A stretch of DNA of 63,005 bases, the filler included, from Octopus bimaculoides (Eukaryota): assembly GCF_001194135.2 (NCBI RefSeq). It is 5 parts of 5 records of this genome, joined end to end, with 100 filler letters (N's around TTAATTAATTAA, not from the genome) between each part and the next. Parts side by side here need not be neighbours in the genome. Positions count along the whole stretch, not along the records: positions 29,867 to 44,418 come from NC_068981.1; positions 44,519 to 60,572 come from NC_069000.1; positions 60,673 to 61,860 come from NC_068998.1; positions 61,961 to 63,005 come from NW_026391128.1; 1 more part is not named here. One strand, given 5' to 3'. The notes under the pieces were generated by a model. It made no database searches and had not been told where the DNA came from. It saw only the letters and a list, made by a program, of their open reading frames with translations. Below are positions 43,662 through 63,005 of the stretch, piece by piece. How positions within the stretch are numbered: the stretch's first letter is position 1; each line of letters starts with the position of its first letter. Both the position numbers and the translations under genes were made by a program.

Positions 43662-44351
43662 GCAGCGAGAGTGAGAGAAAGTGATATATATTTGAGTATA
43701 TATGCTATAAATGTATGTGTGTGAGTGATACACATAAATTTACCACTCAACACATATATACATATATGCATGCATGCATACATACATACATACATGCATA
43801 CAAACATACATACATACATACATACATACACCTGCACGCACGTACGCACGCACACACACACACACACACATATACATACATACATGCATTCATACATACA
43901 TGCATACATATGTGTACAGAAAAACGGCAGGACATAATGAATATGGCGCCCTAATTTCCCATTTATCGTCTGTGTGACACCGGTAAACCGGTCACTAATG
44001 AAGTTTGCTGATGTTTCATAATATTCCGACATAATTAACATTCCTCTAATACGAAAATCAAAAGCAAATGTGAATTTGTATTCAACATGCCACAAAAAGA
44101 CCTTCCTTGTGGTTCTTTTTCTGGCGTTTATTATTTTAAACCATGAATAATTCCACTATTCAGCTTAAAGCAACATCAACCACGACTTCTCTCAACAGTT
44201 GATGCAACTATAACAATAATATGCTGCTGGAATTTCAAGACACTCGAGGGATTGTGATTTTCGTTTATTATAGCCACCATACTGATGTATTGTAAGCAAA
44301 GGGCAAGAAGATAATTTCCAGAAGAGATACAATGAGTACTCTCTCTCTTTT

Positions 44352-44418
<67 letters not shown>

Positions 44419-44518
44419 NNNNNNNNNNNNNNNNNNNNNNNNNNNNNNNNNNNNNNNNNNNNTTAATTAATTAANNNNNNNNNNNNNNNNNNNNNNNNNN
44501 NNNNNNNNNNNNNNNNNN

Positions 44519-44748
44519 AAAAGACACCATTTCGAGCGTGGCCGTTTTCGTGCGGGTGACACGTAAAAGCACCCACTACACTCTCTGAGTGGTTGGCGTT
44601 AGGAAGGGCATCCAGCTGTAGAAACTCTGCCAAATCAGACTGGAGCCTGGTGTTGCCATCCGGTTTCACCAGTCCTCAGTCAAATCGTCCAACCCATGCT
44701 AGCATGGAAAGCGGACGTTAAACGATGATGATGATGATGATGATGATG
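44519..44748 (+). mobile_element. Retroposon 3' end (RTE-type tail) with (GAT)n terminus
   Basis: CCAACCCATGCTAGCATGGAAAGCGGACGTTAAACGATGATG. CpG-decayed relatives at about 45590-45750, 51795-51902 and 53020-53150. Confidence 0.7.
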
Positions 44749-44988
44749 TATGTGCATGTGTGCATAACATGCATCTATATATAATGAGTCTATTTTGGGG
44801 GTTGGGGTGTTTGGTGACTCAGACATTCCAACAATGACCATTCCATCTGATATTCAGGCAATTCCTATCTAGGAGTACATTATCTATTATGTCATTCCCT
44901 ATTTGTAACAGTTGAAATAATTATTTCTCTGTCATTCTGTTTCACTCTCTTGTAAGTATTCTTCTTCTTCTTCTTCTTCTTTTCACAG

Positions 44989-58588
<13,600 letters not shown>

Positions 58589-58659
58589 CCAGTAGGGAGC
58601 AACAACACACCATGAACCTCTCATCTTGAGCATTCCATAATTGGTGGGGTGGGGAGCAC

Positions 58660-59030
58660 AGCTGCCACGCTGCAATACCGCTGCTGCAGCACTCCAATAC
58701 CACTGCTGCTACAATGCTCCAATAGTGCTGCTACAACACTCCAGTACCTCTGCTATTGCACTCTGATACCACTGCTGCAACACTCCAATAACACTGCTGT
58801 GACACTCTGGTGCTGCTGTTGCAACACTCCAATACCACTGCTGCCAGGCTCCTATGATATTACAATGCCACTGCTGTAACACTACGAAACTGTTATAGTA
58901 ATGCTACAATACCACTACAATACTGCTGCCATACCACTGCTAAGAATACTGCAATAGCACTTCTGTAACACTAGAATGCCACATTTACAACACTGACAAC
59001 CATAAAACTGCAATGTTACAACCACACCAT
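58660..59030 (+). repeat. Degenerate tandem repeat, unit about 22 bp (CTGCTGCAACACTCCAATACCA), just after the NSMAF stop
   Basis: More than 10 recognisable units decaying toward the 3' end. Confidence 0.75.
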
Positions 59031-59127
59031 TATGATATGAAGTTTCCCATCTTAATGCTGTTGCTATGACCACTTTGACATCCTACCCCACCTCTCTCCC
59101 ACATCTGTGATTAATTACTTTAATTAA

Positions 59128-59133
59128 AATAAA
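59128..59133 (+). terminator. Candidate poly(A) signal of NSMAF
   Basis: First AATAAA I found after the stop (about 540 nt), followed by T-rich sequence. Confidence 0.4.
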
Positions 59134-59541
59134 AATTTATTCTATTCTTTATATTTGTTTTGTTTCATTAATTTCACAACCTACACACCACCGCCATACA
59201 CATTATAATTCCTTACAATACAATCCCCCCACCCCCACCCCGCCATTTGATCTCTGTAACATAACACAATAAGATGTTGCCCCTGATGGTCTGTTGTAGC
59301 TAAGCATCCAATAACACTTGGAACATCCAATGTAGAGAGGTTCCAACTAACCACAATGGTGAAACAGTTGTTGGGACAAATAACATAAACTTGTATTTCT
59401 CATAATCTCTCTTCAATTGTCACAACTAGTAATACTATTAAATCTGACAGTAACATAAGACTGGACGATGACAATAATCGATATTGGAGCTCTAAACCCA
59501 ACAGTAGCAGTCGTACATCTTATGATACACACAACATATAC

Positions 59542-59590
<49 letters not shown>

Positions 59591-59635
59591 NNNNNNNNNN
59601 NNNNNNNNNNNNNNNNNNNNNNNNNNNNNNNNNNN

Positions 59636-59673
<38 letters not shown>

Positions 59674-59691
59674 TACACTGATATATACACA

Positions 59692-59908
59692 CAAGAGGGT
59701 GCTGAAAAGTTCCTAGCTTTGGGAAAAAGAAAATACAAGAGGATCAGCTAATTAGGACTATATTCAACATATTCCCCTCTCAGATTCACACACTCATTGC
59801 CGCGACCCTTCAGATTTTCTAAGACCTGTAAAAGAACTTAGAAAGTTGGGTCTCCAACCAGGCTTTTCACGATACCCTTAAAGTCAGGAACTTTTCAGCA
59901 CCCCCTTG
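59692..59908 (-). mobile_element. Second copy of the mariner-derived MITE, opposite orientation
   Basis: Reverse complement of 32869-33087; TIR CpGs decayed (CGAG to CAAG, CTCG to CTTG). Confidence 0.8.
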
Positions 59909-60174
59909 TATATGCATGTGCTGAGTTTAACCCTAGGCACAGTAAGAGACAGTGATGAGAATTAAGATGTTCTGCATAAAAATTCAAAATCACTGGTGAT
60001 CTGGCTTTGTTCGCTAGGGAACTTCTCTCCCTTTGTCAGTCATTAAGATTGTGCATTTGTGGCTATTGAGTTGTTTTGACTCTTATTTCTAGCAGTGCTG
60101 GTATCACTTTGTATCCTGTGTCACTTTAGTGACGCCTGTGAATTTGCCTTTGGATTGTTAAATTGCTAATAAGC

Positions 60175-60196
60175 CACTCATATTATAAATATAGTG

Positions 60197-60235
<39 letters not shown>

Positions 60236-60500
60236 GTGAATCCCTAAAACTCGAGAACTACGCAACCAATTTCATTCAAATTTTACAGATGCCTTACTTA
60301 GGGTTCCAGTTGTGTTTTAGTCAAAAAAAATTTTAACTTCTTGCAGAGTTCGAGCCCACGGCAACATAATATCTCCTCCACTATTTAAGTATTACGTGTC
60401 AAAAGTGAAACAAAAACACTCATGTCAAATACTTTCACTTTAAAAATGAAACTATTCTACTAACTGAAACAATCACATTTTGATACTGTAATGACAGATA
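60175..60500 (+). mobile_element. Helitron/DINE-like non-autonomous element
   Basis: TATTATAAATATAG start, (TGTC)n, then AACTCGAGAACTACGCAACCAATTTCATTCAAATTTTAC, the usual layout of such elements. Confidence 0.45.
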
Positions 60501-60505
60501 CTTTC

Positions 60506-60542
<37 letters not shown>

Positions 60543-63005
60543 TGTATATGTATACATATAGATGTATATGTANNNNNNNNNNNNNNNNNNNNNNNNNNNN
60601 NNNNNNNNNNNNNNNNTTAATTAATTAANNNNNNNNNNNNNNNNNNNNNNNNNNNNNNNNNNNNNNNNNNNNGCTTCTTTCAACAGAGAATGAAGAAATT
60701 AAGGCTAAATTTCAGCTTAAAGCATTGAGCATGGGGAGTTTTGGGAGTGGGAAATCAGACATGAACTGATAGTGGACAGGTTCAAAAGTCTGGACATGAA
60801 ATTAGATGAATTGCAGAAAGAACCACAAAAATAGACAGGATTAAGGTGACAGGTTAAAGTATTCTAATGGAGAACGAGGACAAGAAGATAAATAAGAAGG
60901 GGTCGAGCTGGCAGAAACGTTAGCATGCCAGGCGAAATGCTTAGCGGTATTTCGTCTGCCGTTATGTTCTGAGTTCAAATTCCGCCGAGGTCAACTTTGC
61001 CTTTCATCCTTTCAGGGTTGATAAATTAAGTACCAGTTATGCACAGGGGATCAATGTAATTGACTTAAACCCCTTGTCTGTCCTTGTTTGTTTCCTCTAT
61101 GTTTAGCCCCCTGTGGGTAACAAAGAAATAAGAAGATAAATAGGTAAGATACACCAAACATATGCATATTTCCTTTTGCTCATTACATCAAATAAACTTT
61201 TCCAGTTTTCTGAACTTAAAATAAATAGAAAAAATTCCTTAATAAACTATGATTGGTTTTCACTTCAAAGCTTTAGCTAGCCAACTGATCTTTCTTTACA
61301 GCATGTACAAGTAAAGTCATTTGACTCCATGGTACATTTGGCATTCGACTTTTCTGAGTATAAAGCAAAAAATTATTCAGTCATTTTGTAAATTTATTTA
61401 CTGTTGTAGGCAAATCAGAGTAAATTGAACTTAACTCACCACATGCTTAAATATATGCATACATATATACATACATATATACATACACACACAGTTACAG
61501 ATATACACAAGCATACATATACACACACTCACATGCACTCAGTCATGTATGTTCATGCATACAATTGTCATCGTAAAACATTTTAAAAAGCAAGTCCTAT
61601 TTCACAAATTACTTTTTTCTTTTCTTCTGTTGTTGCTCCCGCCATGAAGGAAAGGGTTAGTAAAACAATTGATAATTATCATAATAATAGTTTTTCGCAT
61701 TCATTTCTATTTATTACTTTCAAATTTTCTTAATTTTTTTTTTTTTTTTGCCTGTTTATCACTTTTACATTATTATATATTTTGTATTTTTTTTATTTCT
61801 ATTCTTTAATATGAAGTTATAAGCCTTCTATGAATACAGGGATGTAACCAGTTATATATANNNNNNNNNNNNNNNNNNNNNNNNNNNNNNNNNNNNNNNN
61901 NNNNTTAATTAATTAANNNNNNNNNNNNNNNNNNNNNNNNNNNNNNNNNNNNNNNNNNNNACACCATTTTCAGCCTCGTATCCTGGTTAAATACTATAAG
62001 AATGGGAATTCGCCAAGACACCTCAACAAAACGTTTCTGTCTTTCCAACAGAGCAAACATCATTTCAGAATCACTGCAAACTTTTTTGCCAGTTTAATTC
62101 TCTACAATTTCTCTTCGGCTTTTGATCCAACTAAGATACCTTCGGTTCGGCAGTAGCAATAAAAACTCACCACCTTCACCAGCAGCAACTGCAACACCAC
62201 AGCGACAAGCATCATAACCAGCACTATCATCACCAGAAAAGAAGAAAGAAAAGGAAACAACAGCAACGAAAATACCAACAGTAGCAGCAACAAGAAGAGA
62301 TAATCTTTGAATCACGTGACACTTATAAATATATAAATAAACTCGAAATAAATTTCAAATCCCAGAAATTATTCTTCAGAAGAACAAGAATGGCTCTTCA
62401 CAGTATCAAAAATGTAAGAATTTTAAAATTTTCTTTTGTTGTATCTCGGGAAGGTCATTATGCTAACCATAAACACACGCACTAGTTCTATTTCACTTCT
62501 TTATTATTTATTAGTTGACGTCGATATGTTTAACGATGTAACCAATTCTCGGCAATTCTGACAACAGTTTAAATGTTCCTTGAGTGAGAGGCTAACTGCA
62601 CATTTAAAAGTTAGGAAATCACAACAATAATCCTTTTTATAATAATAATGCAGTGTTAGTGCGTATGTTGTGACACCTTTCGCAGTTTAGCAGTGTTTAA
62701 CAAAATGAAGCTTTTAATAGTATATAGGTTCTTTGACAAACAACCTTTAAGTAGTAAAATTCATAGCCATTGAGGTTCCTTATTTGTTTCACAACCAGAG
62801 TTGCTAAGATTATGGATTGAAATTTAGACGGATAGATGGATAGACAAATGTATTGAAAAATAAACATATATAAGAAATTGGTATGATATGCATGCGTGTA
62901 TGTATGAATTTATATTATATGTATGGATGTAGGTATATTATAGTTGAAATTTATAGAAAAACAAAAGACGAAGACAGATGTTTGAACAACAAGCGTTTGA
63001 CTTAA

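Overview
This is eukaryotic, AT-rich, microsatellite- and SINE-dense DNA from a draft assembly with many N gaps. The repeat families point to an octopus genome (inference). I reconstructed three spliced genes by hand from GT-AG sites with consistent intron phases. (1) A protostome-type cytoplasmic intermediate filament gene, IF-1, on the minus strand (CDS 22355 to 5776, 11 exons, exon 6 partly in a gap). It has a long coil 1b, a lamin-tail domain, no CaaX box and a TATA/Inr promoter. (2) The last four lamin-tail exons of a tandem paralog, IF-2 (minus strand, 29415 to 26988), whose rod exons are not visible. (3) The 3' 16 exons of the BEACH-WD40 gene NSMAF/FAN (plus strand, 44989 to 58588). The rest is tRNA-derived SINEs, remnants of R4/Dong-, CRE-, RTE- and L1/Tx1-like LINEs, mariner-, piggyBac- and Helitron-like elements, and simple repeats. 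The most notable observations are: hammerhead-ribozyme folds of Penelope-like type inside introns, one of them sense to the IF-1 pre-mRNA with an intact catalytic core; a fairly young IF duplication with a diverging tail; a degenerate LNDR motif in IF-1; a ~110-bp inverted repeat in IF-1 intron 2; and a sharp CpG-depleted domain over NSMAF. I found no rRNA, true tRNA or CRISPR array. Most ORF-track entries are microsatellite or N-gap artefacts. Nothing here demonstrates a wholly new biological system.
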